Assembly (NCBI GenBank): GCA_001750625.1
Contig: MEIE01000005.1
Span: forward strand, 1 to 47,075
DNA: 47,075 nt
Origin: Candidatus Amphirhobacter heronislandensis
GTDB lineage: Bacteria > Pseudomonadota > Gammaproteobacteria > Tethybacterales > Tethybacteraceae
Direction of reading: 5' to 3'
A model generated the notes under the pieces. It worked only from the letters and a program-made list of their open reading frames with translations. It searched no databases and was not told the DNA's origin. Below, one piece after another: positions 1 through 10,938 of this stretch. Position 1 is the stretch's first letter. Each line of letters starts with the position of its first letter. A program made the position numbers and the translations under genes.

Positions 1-141
1 GTCGATCGCGCAGCCGCCGAAATCCGCCTCGGCGATCTCGAAGCCCGCCCGGGACTCGAGCGCTTGGAGCAGCGGCCGCAGCTGCCCGATCACCTCGGGG
101 CCGATGCCGTCCCCCGGCAGCAGCAGGACTGTTTCAGCCAC
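1..141 (-). CDS. leuB: 3-isopropylmalate dehydrogenase, N-terminal part (runs off window)
   Basis: Manual translation from GTG at 141: MAETVLLLPGDGIGPEVIGQ...ADFGGCAID, the LeuB N-terminal motif; directly downstream of leuD. Confidence 0.9.
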   Translation of the reverse strand, partial: MAETVLLLPGDGIGPEVIGQLRPLLQALESRAGFEIAEADFGGCAID

Positions 142-156
142 GGCGGCGCCGCGGCG

Positions 157-807
157 CTACTTGCCGATTTCGAGCCAGGGCTCCAGCTCGGCGCGCTTTT
201 GCTCGTATTCCTTGATCTGGTCCGCCAGCCGCTCGGTCGCCGCGATGTCGTCGAGGCCCTCGAGCAGGCGCTCCCTGGTCCCCGCGTCGATGCTGAAGTG
301 CAGCCTGCGTCCCTTGGCCGCGACGTACGGCCGCTCCGCCGCCAGCGCGACCTCGATCTTGAAGCCCGGCTCGGCCTCGCACTGCCGCGCCAGCGCCAGG
401 ACCTCGGCGGCCTCGAGCTCGACCAGCAGCAGGCCGTTCTTGCTGGCGTTGCTGCTGAAGATGTCCGCGAAGCCCGGTGCGATGATCGTCTTGAAGCCGT
501 AGTCGGTCAGCGCCCAGACCGCGTGCTCGCGCGAGCTGCCGCAGCCGAAGTTCGCGCCGGCGAGCAGCACCTCGGCGCCGGCGTAGCGCTCGGCGTTGAG
601 CTCGAAGGCCGGATTGGGCCGCAGCTTGGCGCGCGGCGTGTCGGCGTCCTGCGCCGGCTCGAGCCAGCGCTCGTCGTTGAACAGGAACAGGCCGTAGCCG
701 GTCTTCTTGACGCTCGTCAAGAACTGCTTGGGGATGATCTGGTCGGTGTCGACGTTCTCGCGCATGTAGGCGGCCGCCAGGCCGGTGAAATCGCGGAACC
801 TCTCCAT
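157..807 (-). CDS. leuD: 3-isopropylmalate dehydratase small subunit
   Basis: NVDTDQIIPKQFL and NFGCGSSREHAVWAL motifs. Confidence 0.97.
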   Translation of the reverse strand: MERFRDFTGLAAAYMRENVDTDQIIPKQFLTSVKKTGYGLFLFNDERWLEPAQDADTPRAKLRPNPAFELNAERYAGAEVLLAGANFGCGSSREHAVWALTDYGFKTIIAPGFADIFSSNASKNGLLLVELEAAEVLALARQCEAEPGFKIEVALAAERPYVAAKGRRLHFSIDAGTRERLLEGLDDIAATERLADQIKEYEQKRAELEPWLEIGK

Positions 808-1685
808 CAGGGATGGTGCTCTTGCAGCAGCTTGCCTATCTCCGCGGGGTTTTTCGTCGTCGGGATGCCGGCCTTCTCGAGCGCGGCGATCTTCTCGTCC
901 GCCGTGCCCTTGCCGCCGGCGATGATCGCGCCGGCGTGGCCCATGCGCTTGCCCGGCGGCGCCGTGACGCCGGCGATGAAGCCGACGATGGGCTTGGAGA
1001 CCTCGCTGCTGGCGTACTCGGCCGCCTCTTCCTCGTCGGTGCCGCCGATCTCGCCGACCATCACGATCGCCTTGGTCGCCGGATCCTCGTTGAACAGCTT
1101 CAGGACGTCCTTGTGCTTGAGGCCGTTGACCGGGTCGCCGCCGATGCCGACGCAGGTCGACTGGCCCAGACCCAGCTGCGAGACCTGGTGGACCGCCTCG
1201 TAGGTCAGCGTGCCCGAGCGCGAGACGATGCCGACCGTCCCCGCCTTGTGGATGTAGCCCGGCATGATGCCGATCTTCACTTCGTCCGGCGTGATGACGC
1301 CCGGGCAGTTCGGCCCGACCAGCAGCGTCTTGGAGGACTTCATCATGTCGCGGACCCGCACCATGTCCAGCACCGGGATGCCTTCGGTGATGCAGATCAC
1401 CAGCTCGAGCTCGGCGTTGACCGCGTCCTCGATCGCGCTCGCGGCGAACGGCGGCGGCACGTAGATCACCGAGACGTCGCAGCCGGTCTCCTTCTTGGCC
1501 TCGCCGACGCTTTCGAAGACCGGGATCCCCTCGAAGTCCTGGCCGCCCTTGCCGGGGGTGACGCCGGCGACGTAGCAGTCCTTGCCGCCGGCGTACTCGC
1601 GGCTGTGGCGGGTGTGGAAGCTGCCGGTCTTGCCCGTGATCCCCTGGGTCACGATGCGGCTGTCCTTATTGATCAGAATCGACAT
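807..1685 (-). CDS. sucD: succinyl-CoA synthetase alpha subunit
   Basis: [29 protein letters not shown] phospho-His motif. Confidence 0.98.
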   Translation of the reverse strand: MSILINKDSRIVTQGITGKTGSFHTRHSREYAGGKDCYVAGVTPGKGGQDFEGIPVFESVGEAKKETGCDVSVIYVPPPFAASAIEDAVNAELELVICITEGIPVLDMVRVRDMMKSSKTLLVGPNCPGVITPDEVKIGIMPGYIHKAGTVGIVSRSGTLTYEAVHQVSQLGLGQSTCVGIGGDPVNGLKHKDVLKLFNEDPATKAIVMVGEIGGTDEEEAAEYASSEVSKPIVGFIAGVTAPPGKRMGHAGAIIAGGKGTADEKIAALEKAGIPTTKNPAEIGKLLQEHHP

Positions 1686-1694
1686 TTGTTTATC

Positions 1695-2855
<1,161 letters not shown>

Positions 2856-2885
2856 CGTCTGCGCCGTGCGTGCATATTATAGGCT

Positions 2886-3644
2886 TTACCAATATTTCTC
2901 GATGGTGACGTTGCCGGGCCGGGCGCGGCGGTTGCGCTCGAGGCCCTTGGCCTGCAGCAGCGCGCAGACCTCCTGGACCATCGCCGGATTGCCGCACAGC
3001 ATGAACTGGCAGCTCGCGTCGAGCGCCGTTTTGGTGAGGCGCTCGAGCTCGCCGCTGGCGATCATCGCCGTCACCCGCTCGTTCGCGACGCCCTCGACCC
3101 GCTCGCGGGTGACGATCGGGACGTAGGCGAACTGCTTGCGCCGCAGCGCCGCGATCTCGGCGAGCTGGTCGTCGTAGAGCAGGTCCTGCCGCAGCCGCGC
3201 CGAATACACCAGCGCGATCTTCTCGTACCTGCTCCAGACCTCCTCGCCCGCCTGCAGGATGGAGACGAAGGGGCCGATGCCGGTGCCGGTCGCGATCATG
3301 AACAGGCTCAGCGCCTCGGGCACGTTCGCCAGCGTCAGCAGGCCGTTCGGCCGCATCGACACCAGCACCTCGTCGCCGGCGGCCAGCTCGGCGAGCCGCG
3401 GCGTCAGGTTGCCGCCCTCGGCCAGGACGTCGTAGCAGAACTCCAGCGTCGCCGCGGCCGGCGGATTCACGAAAGAATAGGCCCGCGCCAGCGGCTTCGC
3501 CTCGCCGTCCTGCGGCAGGCCCAGCTTGGTGAACTGGCCGGGGACGAAGTCCAGTCCCGGCGGCCGGGCAACTTGTAAAATACGCAGCTGGGACGTCGGG
3601 GCGAGCTGGCCCGCAACCTGGGCGGCCTGATATTCCTCGGGCAT
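2886..3644 (-). CDS. fpr: ferredoxin(flavodoxin)-NADP+ reductase
   Basis: FVPGQF, RAYS, ATGTGIGPF, MLCGNPAMV, C-terminal EKYW; start trimmed to the ATG at 3644 (MPEEYQ). Confidence 0.9.
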   Translation of the reverse strand: MPEEYQAAQVAGQLAPTSQLRILQVARPPGLDFVPGQFTKLGLPQDGEAKPLARAYSFVNPPAAATLEFCYDVLAEGGNLTPRLAELAAGDEVLVSMRPNGLLTLANVPEALSLFMIATGTGIGPFVSILQAGEEVWSRYEKIALVYSARLRQDLLYDDQLAEIAALRRKQFAYVPIVTRERVEGVANERVTAMIASGELERLTKTALDASCQFMLCGNPAMVQEVCALLQAKGLERNRRARPGNVTIEKYW

Positions 3645-3654
3645 GCGAACCTTT

Positions 3655-4800
3655 ATGCTGGCAAGGCTGAATTCTACAATTTGCGGCCTGCTCGCCGCCG
3701 CCGCCTGGGCCAGCGCCGACCCCGCCACCGCGCTCGCGAAGGCGGTGCTGCCACCGGGCTTGAAGATCGTGCAGCTGGACGCCGGCCTCGACCGTCCCGC
3801 CGGCATCGACGTGTCGGCTGCCGGGCACTTGGCCGTCGGCAGCTACGGCGACAGCCTCTACCTCTACGAGCGGCTCCCCGACGGCAACGTCATCAGGCAC
3901 ATCCTCTCCGGCATGCGGGCGCCGACCGGCGTCGCCTGGCTCGGCGACGACCTGGTCTTAACCCAAGGCTCCTACTTGATAATGATCGCCGAGCCGCTCG
4001 CGAAGCTGCGCGAAGGCCGGGCGCTCGCGCCCCAGCAGCTCGCCAAGATCAACAAATCCTCGGGACGCCGGTTCCTCAAATACGACGGGGAACGGGAGCT
4101 TCTTTACGTCGGCGTCCCGTCCTCCTGCAACGCCTGCCAGGTTCCCGGCGAGGAGCTGGCGGGGACGATCATCGCCTACGACCTCAAGGCCAAGAGCAGC
4201 TACGTCCACGCCCGCGGCCTGCGCGCGCCCCGCAGCCTTGACGTCCATCCGGCCACCGGCGAGCTGTGGGCGACGGACGCCAGCGCCTACCGGCACCCGC
4301 CGGTCCCGACGCCCGCCGACGAGCTCAACCGCATCACCGCCCAGGGGCTGCACTTCGGCCATCCCCACTGCCACGGCATCGCTGGGCCAGAGGGCGAAGG
4401 CAGTCCCGGCTGCGACGGTTACGCGGCCCCGGCCGCGCTGCTCGACGCGCGCAGCCAGCCCCACGGCCTGCATTTCATCCGCAGCGACGCGCTGCTCGAG
4501 CCGGGCTCGGCGCTCGTCGCGCTGCGCGGCGGCTGGAAGGAAAAAGACGGCGGGCCGCGCGCCGGCTTCGAGGTGCGGCAGCTCCTGCTCTCGGCCGACG
4601 GCCGGCAGATTCTCGGCAGCAAGCCGTTCATCACCGGCTGGCTCGATGCGGACGAGCGCTACTACGCCCGGCCGGCCGGCATCGGCGAAACCGCCGAAGG
4701 CTCGATCCTCATCACCGACAGCGCCAACGGCGCGATCTACATCGTCTCAAAAGACCAGGGCAATGCATCAGGCCAGCATCAAGACGCCGGCGGAAATTGA
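3655..4800 (+). CDS. secreted glucose/sorbosone dehydrogenase-like beta-propeller protein
   Basis: Signal-peptide-like N-terminus; GVPSSCNAC, ARGLRAP, DELNRI, HFGHPHCH, RPAGI...ILITDS; start could be 3643 or 3655. Confidence 0.75.
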   Translation: MLARLNSTICGLLAAAAWASADPATALAKAVLPPGLKIVQLDAGLDRPAGIDVSAAGHLAVGSYGDSLYLYERLPDGNVIRHILSGMRAPTGVAWLGDDLVLTQGSYLIMIAEPLAKLREGRALAPQQLAKINKSSGRRFLKYDGERELLYVGVPSSCNACQVPGEELAGTIIAYDLKAKSSYVHARGLRAPRSLDVHPATGELWATDASAYRHPPVPTPADELNRITAQGLHFGHPHCHGIAGPEGEGSPGCDGYAAPAALLDARSQPHGLHFIRSDALLEPGSALVALRGGWKEKDGGPRAGFEVRQLLLSADGRQILGSKPFITGWLDADERYYARPAGIGETAEGSILITDSANGAIYIVSKDQGNASGQHQDAGGN

Positions 4801-5545
4801 GCGCATGCGCCGCAGCGGCGCCCTGGCCGCGTCGCTGCTGGACATGGTCGCCGAACGCATCGGCCCCGGCGTCTCCACCGGCGAGATCGACGACTGGTGC
4901 GCGCGGGAGATCGCGGCGGCGGGCGCGATCGCGGCGCCGCTCAACTACGCGCCCGCCGGCCACACGCCCTTCCCCAAGTCGGTCTGCACCTCGATCAACC
5001 ATCAGGTCTGCCACGGCATTCCCAGCCACGACCGCGCCCTCAAGAACGGCGACATCGTCAACGTCGACGTCACCGTCATCCTCGACGGCTACTACGCGGA
5101 CTGCTCGCGCATGTTCCAGATCGGCCCGGTTTCGAAAGCCGCGCGGCTGGTCTGCGACGTCGCCGAGCAGTGCCTGGACATCGGCATCGCGGCCGCGGTC
5201 GCCGGCAGCGACATCAGCGCCATCGGCGCCGCGATCGAGGAGCGCGCCGCGGCGGACGGCTGCAGCATCGTCCGCGAATACTGCGGCCACGGCGTCGGCC
5301 GCCGCTTCCACGAGCCGCCGCAGGTGCTGCATTACGCCAGCCGGCAGCCGCGGTTCACGCTGCGCGAGAACATGACCTTCACCATCGAGCCGATGGTCAA
5401 CGCCGGCCGGCGGGAGATCAAGGTGCTGCCCGACGGCTGGACGGTGGTCACCAAGGACCGTAGCCTGTCGGCGCAGTGGGAGCACACCATCCGCGTCACC
5501 GACGGCCCGGCCGAGATCCTCACCCCGCGCAGGGCGCCGTCTTGA
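4763..5545 (+). CDS. map: methionine aminopeptidase type I
   Basis: SVCTSINHQVCHGIP, DIVNVDVT, YCGHGVG..FHE, TIEPM, SAQWEHT; ATG at 4763. Confidence 0.96.
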   Translation: MHQASIKTPAEIERMRRSGALAASLLDMVAERIGPGVSTGEIDDWCAREIAAAGAIAAPLNYAPAGHTPFPKSVCTSINHQVCHGIPSHDRALKNGDIVNVDVTVILDGYYADCSRMFQIGPVSKAARLVCDVAEQCLDIGIAAAVAGSDISAIGAAIEERAAADGCSIVREYCGHGVGRRFHEPPQVLHYASRQPRFTLRENMTFTIEPMVNAGRREIKVLPDGWTVVTKDRSLSAQWEHTIRVTDGPAEILTPRRAPS

Positions 5546-7206
5546 GCAAGAAGAAGAAAAAGCGCTCCGGCGGCTCCGCGCCGGAGAAAAAGGCGCCGCC
5601 GCCGCCGGCTAGGCCGCCCGCCTTCCTGCGGCGGCTGTTCCCGCCCGCCGAAACCGAGGAGCCGTCCTGGCGCTGGCTGTGGCCGTGGCTGGGCGTGGCC
5701 TTCGTCCTGCGCGCCTGCGTCGGCATCTTCGGCGACTTCCTGCTGCACCCGGACGAGATCATGCAGTATCTCGAGCCCGCCCACAAGGCGGTCTTCGGCT
5801 ACGGCGTCTCGTACTGGGAGCACTACTACGGCGCGCGCAGCTTCCTCATCCCCGGCTTCGTCGCGACGATCCTGTGGCTGGCGAAGGTCACCGGCCTCGA
5901 CCATCCGGGCTTTTACGTCTACGCGGTCAAGACGGCGTTCTGCGCGGTCTCGGTGCTCGTCCCCTGGGCCTGCTACCGCATCGGCCGCCGCTTCTTCGGC
6001 GAGGAGGCCGGCCGCCTCGCGCTCATCATGACCTGCCTGTGGCCGTACCTGATCGTCTTCGCCCACAAGCCCTTCACCGAGTTCGTCGCGACCTCGATCT
6101 TCTTCGCGGCCTTCGGCTTCGCCTGCCGGCCGGCCGCCGAACGGCGCGGCGGCGCCCTCGCGGTCGGCGCGCTGCTCGCGCTGGCCGCGGCGGTCCGCAT
6201 GCAGTATCTGCCGATCGCCGGCCTGCTGTGGCTAGGGCTCGCGCTCGGCCGCGGCCGCGGCTGGGCGCTGGCGTCGATCGCCGGCGGCGTCGGCATGGTC
6301 CTCGCCGTCGGCGCCTTCGAGGCGCTGACCTGGGACTATCCCTACCAGTCCTACTACGTCAACTTCATGGCGAACCTCATGATCGCGCAGAACCGCCTGG
6401 CCGAGCCCGCCGAGTTCTACGTGATCCGGCTGATGGTCGCGACCGGCATGCTGTTCCCGGCTGCCCTGTACATGATGGGCGCCGAGTTCCGCCGCTGCGC
6501 GCTGCTCGCGACGCTGCTGGCCTTCACCCTGCTGCTGCACAACCTGCAGGTCCACAAGGAGCTGCGCTTCATCTTCGTCATCCAGCCGCTGTTTCTGCTG
6601 CTGATCGCGCCGGGGCTGCTGCGCTGGCTCGGCGGCGTCCGGCGGCCCGAGCTGCGGCTGGGGATCCCCGGCGCCTACGCCGCCGCCTTCGCCGTCATCG
6701 TCTGCTTCAACTTCTACGACGACCGCTGGCTGCACGCGGCGAGCTCGCGCGAACGCGGCGACACTTTCTACCTGCGGGAGAAGAACAACCTCTACGGCCT
6801 GTACCTGCGGCTGCACGACGACGAAAGCCTGCAGGGGCTGGCGCATTTCGGCGACCCCTACTTCAACACGCCGGGCTACTACTACCTGCACCGCGCCGTG
6901 CCCTTCTACGACGAGAGCGCGCTCGAATCGGCGGTGCGGCAGACCGGCGGGCGGCGGCTGCGCCCGCTGGTCAGCCACGTCGTCAGCAGGCGGAGCCTGG
7001 GCTCCTTCGAAGACTTCACGCTGCAGCGGCCCGACGGCGAATACCTGCTGTACGTCTCGGAGACGGAAGAATCCGTCCGCGGCCTCGAAGACCTCAACCC
7101 CTATCTCGTCGGCGGCTCCATGCACTACGAGTTCCGCCGCCGCGGCATCACCAGCCTGCCGCAGCCGCCGGACTTCCCCAAGCTGCTGCCCGCTCCGCAG
7201 GAATAA
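5542..7206 (+). CDS. GT-C membrane glycosyltransferase, Alg9/PIG-B (GT22)-like mannosyltransferase
   Basis: HPDEIMQYLEPAHKAVFGYG..YWE luminal motif, HKELRFI motif, many hydrophobic segments; TTG start overlapping the map stop. Confidence 0.75.
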   Translation: MSKKKKKRSGGSAPEKKAPPPPARPPAFLRRLFPPAETEEPSWRWLWPWLGVAFVLRACVGIFGDFLLHPDEIMQYLEPAHKAVFGYGVSYWEHYYGARSFLIPGFVATILWLAKVTGLDHPGFYVYAVKTAFCAVSVLVPWACYRIGRRFFGEEAGRLALIMTCLWPYLIVFAHKPFTEFVATSIFFAAFGFACRPAAERRGGALAVGALLALAAAVRMQYLPIAGLLWLGLALGRGRGWALASIAGGVGMVLAVGAFEALTWDYPYQSYYVNFMANLMIAQNRLAEPAEFYVIRLMVATGMLFPAALYMMGAEFRRCALLATLLAFTLLLHNLQVHKELRFIFVIQPLFLLLIAPGLLRWLGGVRRPELRLGIPGAYAAAFAVIVCFNFYDDRWLHAASSRERGDTFYLREKNNLYGLYLRLHDDESLQGLAHFGDPYFNTPGYYYLHRAVPFYDESALESAVRQTGGRRLRPLVSHVVSRRSLGSFEDFTLQRPDGEYLLYVSETEESVRGLEDLNPYLVGGSMHYEFRRRGITSLPQPPDFPKLLPAPQE

Positions 7207-7212
7207 GAAGGC

Positions 7213-8361
7213 CTAGGCCGGCGCCGCGACCGGCGGCCGGCCGGCCGACTCCAGATACTCCCGCGACTGCATCTCCCGCAGCCGCGACAGCGTCCGGCCC
7301 GCTTCGCCGCCGGCGCCCGCGTACAGCTCGTCCAGCGGCGCCTCGGCCAGCAGCAGCAGCTTGGTGCGGGCCTCGTACAGCACGTCGATCATCCAGGTGA
7401 AGCGCCGGGTCGCCTCGGCGTTGTCCTCGCGGCCAAGCCGCGGCACCCCCGACAGAAAGACGGTCGCGAAGCGCGCCGCGATGCTCAGGTAGTCGCCCTG
7501 GCCGTAGCTGCCGCCGCAGGCCTCGGCGAAGTCCAGCCACAGCGCGTCGCTGGTCCGGCGCAGCGCCGGCATGCGGCGGCTGCCGACCCGGACGCTGCGC
7601 TTGAGGTTCATGCCCTTGGCGAGCTCGCCGAAGCGCTCCTTGAGCCGCTTTTGGTTCGCGTCGCTGAGCGGATGGTAGTACAGGCTGGCCTGCTCGAGCG
7701 CCCGCAGGCGGTAGTCCTCCGGCCCGTCGAGGTCGAAGACGTCGAGCCGCTCCTCGAGCAGCCGGATCGCCGGGATGAAGCGGTCGCGGGCGAGGCCGTT
7801 GGGATACAGGCCCGCCGGCGGATAGTTCGAGGTCGCGACCAGGACGACGCCGTGCTCGAGCAGGCGCTCGAGCAGGCGGCCGAGGATCATCGCGTCGGCG
7901 ATGTCGCTGACGTGGAACTCGTCGAGGCACAGCACCGCGTGCCGGTCCGCGAGGCGGTCGGCGAAGGCGGCCAGCCCGTCCTCCTCGCTTCCGGCCTTCG
8001 CCATCTCGGCGTGGAAGCGCTGCATGAAGCCGTGGTAGTGCGCGCGCAGCTTGTCCTGGCGCTGCAGGTTCAAGAAGAAGCCGTCGACCAAAAAGCTCTT
8101 GCCGCGGCCGACCGCGCCGTGGACGTACAGGCCACGCAGCCGCTCGTGCGGCCGGACCCGGCCGAGCAGCCGGCCCAGGTAGCCCTTCTTGCGCTCGTCG
8201 CGCTTCGCGACCAGGTCGTCGGCGAGCTGCTGCAGGCGGTCGACCAGCCGTTCCTGCGCCGGGTCAGGCCGCAGCTGGCCCTTGGCGAGGCGGCGGCGGT
8301 ACCAGCGCCTGACCGCGTCCTCGCCGATCAGGCACTTCGCCCGCGCGGCTTCGTCCGCCAA
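7213..8361 (-). CDS. zapE: AFG1-family ATPase, cell division protein ZapE
   Basis: GLYVHGAVGRGKS, LCLDEFHVSDIADAMIL, ATSNYPP, RTLSRL. Confidence 0.93.
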   Translation of the reverse strand: MADEAARAKCLIGEDAVRRWYRRRLAKGQLRPDPAQERLVDRLQQLADDLVAKRDERKKGYLGRLLGRVRPHERLRGLYVHGAVGRGKSFLVDGFFLNLQRQDKLRAHYHGFMQRFHAEMAKAGSEEDGLAAFADRLADRHAVLCLDEFHVSDIADAMILGRLLERLLEHGVVLVATSNYPPAGLYPNGLARDRFIPAIRLLEERLDVFDLDGPEDYRLRALEQASLYYHPLSDANQKRLKERFGELAKGMNLKRSVRVGSRRMPALRRTSDALWLDFAEACGGSYGQGDYLSIAARFATVFLSGVPRLGREDNAEATRRFTWMIDVLYEARTKLLLLAEAPLDELYAGAGGEAGRTLSRLREMQSREYLESAGRPPVAAPA

Positions 8362-8362
8362 G

Positions 8363-9775
8363 CTACGAATGGATGGCGCGCTTGGCCACCGCCAGCGCCG
8401 CTTCCTTGGTCGCTTCGGACAGGGTGGGATGCGCGTGGCAGATCAGGGCGATGTCCTCGGCCGAGCCCTCGAACTCCATCGCCATCGCCGCCTCGGCGAT
8501 CATCTCCGAGGCGCAGCTGCCGAAGATGTGGACGCCGAGCACCCGGTCGGTCTGCTCGTGCGCGAGGATCTTGACCATGCCGGTCGAATCGCCGATGCTG
8601 AGCGCGCGGCCGTTGGCCGCGAAGGGGAAACTGCCGGCGCGGTACGGCGTGCCCGCTTCCCGCAGCTGCTGCTCGGTCTGGCCGACCCAGGCGATCTCGG
8701 GATGGGTGTAGATCACCCACGGCACCGTGTTGAAGTCGACCTCCGGATGCTTGCCGGCGATCAGCTCGGCGACCATCACGCCCTCCTCCTCGGCCTTGTG
8801 CGCCAGCATCGGGCCGCGGACCACGTCGCCGATCGCCCACAGGTTCGGCAGGCCGGTGCGGCACTGTCCGTCGACCTCGATGCGCCCGCCGTCAAGCCGC
8901 AGGCCCGCCTCTGCCGCGCCGAGGCCGTCGGTGCAGGGGACGCGGCCGACCGCGACGATGAGCCGGTCGAAGGCGGCCGAGCTGGCCTTGCCGTTCTCCT
9001 CCCAGGACACGTCGACCTTCTTGGCTCCGGCCTTGGCGGCGGTGACCTTGCAGCCCAGCTTGATGTCCAGGCCCTGCTTGGCGAAGGCCTTGGCCGCCGC
9101 CTTGGCGACGTCCTGGTCCGCCAGCGCCAGGAACTCGGGCAGGGCCTCGAGGACGGTGACCTCGGCGCCGAGCCGGCGCCAGACGCTGCCGAGCTCGAGG
9201 CCGATGACGCCGGCGCCGATGATGCACAGCTTCGCCGGGACCTCGGCGAAGGCCAGCGCGCCGACGTTGTCGACGATGCGGTCGCCGTCGACCGGCGCGG
9301 CGGGGATCGGCCGCGACACCGAGCCGGTGGCGATGATCACGTGGTCGGCCTGGACCGTCCCGACGCCCTCGACCTCGACCTCGTGCGGCGGCCCGGCCTT
9401 GGCGAGGCGGGCGGTGCCGGCGAGGGCCGCGACCTTGTTCTTCTTGAGCAGCATCGCGACGCCGCCGGTGAGCTGCTTGACGACCTTTTGCTTGCGCTCG
9501 AGCATCGTCCCCAGGTCGAGGCCGATGCCCTTGGCCTTGATGCCGTGCGCCGCGAACTCCTCGCGGGCCATCTCGTAGTGGTGCGAGGACTCCAGCAGCG
9601 CCTTGGAGGGGATGCAGCCGACGTTCAGGCAGGTGCCGCCGTAGACGACGCCCTTGCCGTCCGGCGCCGGCCAGCGGTCCACGCAGGCGGTCTTGAAGCC
9701 GAGCTGGGCGGCGCGGATGGCCGCGACGTAGCCGCCGGGGCCGCCGCCTATAACCAGTACATCGTATTTGTCCAT
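8363..9775 (-). CDS. lpdA: dihydrolipoamide dehydrogenase
   Basis: [32 protein letters not shown]. Confidence 0.97.
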   Translation of the reverse strand: MDKYDVLVIGGGPGGYVAAIRAAQLGFKTACVDRWPAPDGKGVVYGGTCLNVGCIPSKALLESSHHYEMAREEFAAHGIKAKGIGLDLGTMLERKQKVVKQLTGGVAMLLKKNKVAALAGTARLAKAGPPHEVEVEGVGTVQADHVIIATGSVSRPIPAAPVDGDRIVDNVGALAFAEVPAKLCIIGAGVIGLELGSVWRRLGAEVTVLEALPEFLALADQDVAKAAAKAFAKQGLDIKLGCKVTAAKAGAKKVDVSWEENGKASSAAFDRLIVAVGRVPCTDGLGAAEAGLRLDGGRIEVDGQCRTGLPNLWAIGDVVRGPMLAHKAEEEGVMVAELIAGKHPEVDFNTVPWVIYTHPEIAWVGQTEQQLREAGTPYRAGSFPFAANGRALSIGDSTGMVKILAHEQTDRVLGVHIFGSCASEMIAEAAMAMEFEGSAEDIALICHAHPTLSEATKEAALAVAKRAIHS

Positions 9776-9837
9776 CGCCTGAGCTCCACGTAAAAGCGGG
9801 ACGCTGATTTTAAACCGCTGGCTTAAAATCCGCCCGC

Positions 9838-10149
9838 ATGCGCCTTCCCGCCATCCCCCTCGCGCTCGCCGCGCTGCTCGCGCTCGCCGCCTGCAGCCTG
9901 CCGCCGGTCACCCGCAACGTCGTCATCGAGCAGGGCAACCCCCGCCTCGAGGAGCAGATCGCCAAGCTCGACGGCCTGAACATGGACGAGGTCCGGGTCC
10001 TGCTCGGCCCGCCGCAGTCGCGCTGGAACATCGACCACGAGGTCTGGGTGTATTTCAGCTCCTACCGCGACCAGCGCGAGGAGCGGCGCTTCAGCGCCGA
10101 GGTCCATTTTGACGGCGACGGCAACGTCGCCTACGTCTTCACCAACTGA
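9838..10149 (+). CDS. bamE: outer membrane assembly lipoprotein BamE (SmpA/OmlA)
   Basis: Lipobox [19 protein letters not shown]; precedes dapB as is usual. Confidence 0.8.
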   Translation: MRLPAIPLALAALLALAACSLPPVTRNVVIEQGNPRLEEQIAKLDGLNMDEVRVLLGPPQSRWNIDHEVWVYFSSYRDQREERRFSAEVHFDGDGNVAYVFTN

Positions 10150-10152
10150 GCG

Positions 10153-10938
10153 ATGGCGGGCGGACCGGTCAGGATAGGCGTCTGGGGCGCGGCGGGCCGG
10201 ATGGGCATCGCCATCGCCCAGGCCATCGCCGACGAGCCCGGCGCCGAGCTCGCCGCCGCCTTCGAGCACGACGGCCACCCGCTGCTCGGCGAACAGATGC
10301 CCGGCCGCCACCGCGGCGTCCGGCTGCAGGCCGCCTCGGCGCCGGCGCCGGACTTCGAGGTCCTGGTCGCCTTCCCGATCCCCGAAGGCCTGGCGCCGGC
10401 GATCGCGCTCGCGCGGCAGCGCAAGATCGCGCTGGTCGTCGGCACCACCGGCTACAGCGACGAGGACCACCGCGCCCTGGCCGCCGCCGCCGAGGAGATC
10501 CCGCTGCTCGTCGAGCCCAACATGTCGCTCGGGGTGGTCGTCGTCAACATCCTGCTGCAGCAGGCCGTCCACGTCCTGCCGAACTGGGACGCCGAGGTCC
10601 ACGAGATCCATCACGCCGAGAAGAAGGACGCGCCGTCGGGGACCGCGAAGCTGCTCGTCGACAGCATCCGCGACGCCCGCAGCAAAAGCAAGGTGCTCGC
10701 CGGCCAGAACCTGCAGATCGACCCGGACAAGATCGGCGTGACCTCCGGCCGCGCCGGCGACATCGTCGGCGTCCACACCGCCCTGCTCGCGAACCGGGGC
10801 GAGTGCATCGAGCTCACCCACCGCGCCTTCGACCGCGCCACCTTCGCCGGCGGCGCCGTCTTTTCCGCGGTGCGCATCGCCCGCCAGCCGGCCGGGCGCT
10901 ACCGCCTCGCCGAGCTGCTGCTAGGGGGCGGCGGCTGA
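10153..10938 (+). CDS. dapB: 4-hydroxy-tetrahydrodipicolinate reductase
   Basis: GAAGRMG, VVGTTG, EIHHAEKKDAPSGTA. Confidence 0.95.
   Translation: MAGGPVRIGVWGAAGRMGIAIAQAIADEPGAELAAAFEHDGHPLLGEQMPGRHRGVRLQAASAPAPDFEVLVAFPIPEGLAPAIALARQRKIALVVGTTGYSDEDHRALAAAAEEIPLLVEPNMSLGVVVVNILLQQAVHVLPNWDAEVHEIHHAEKKDAPSGTAKLLVDSIRDARSKSKVLAGQNLQIDPDKIGVTSGRAGDIVGVHTALLANRGECIELTHRAFDRATFAGGAVFSAVRIARQPAGRYRLAELLLGGGG

Noticed and set aside
3645-3806. N-terminal extensions in the ORF track for fpr (also map, sodA, tsaB, udg, proA, ATPase A)
   Set aside because: Most extend into neighbouring genes and none adds family motifs; downstream starts fit better.
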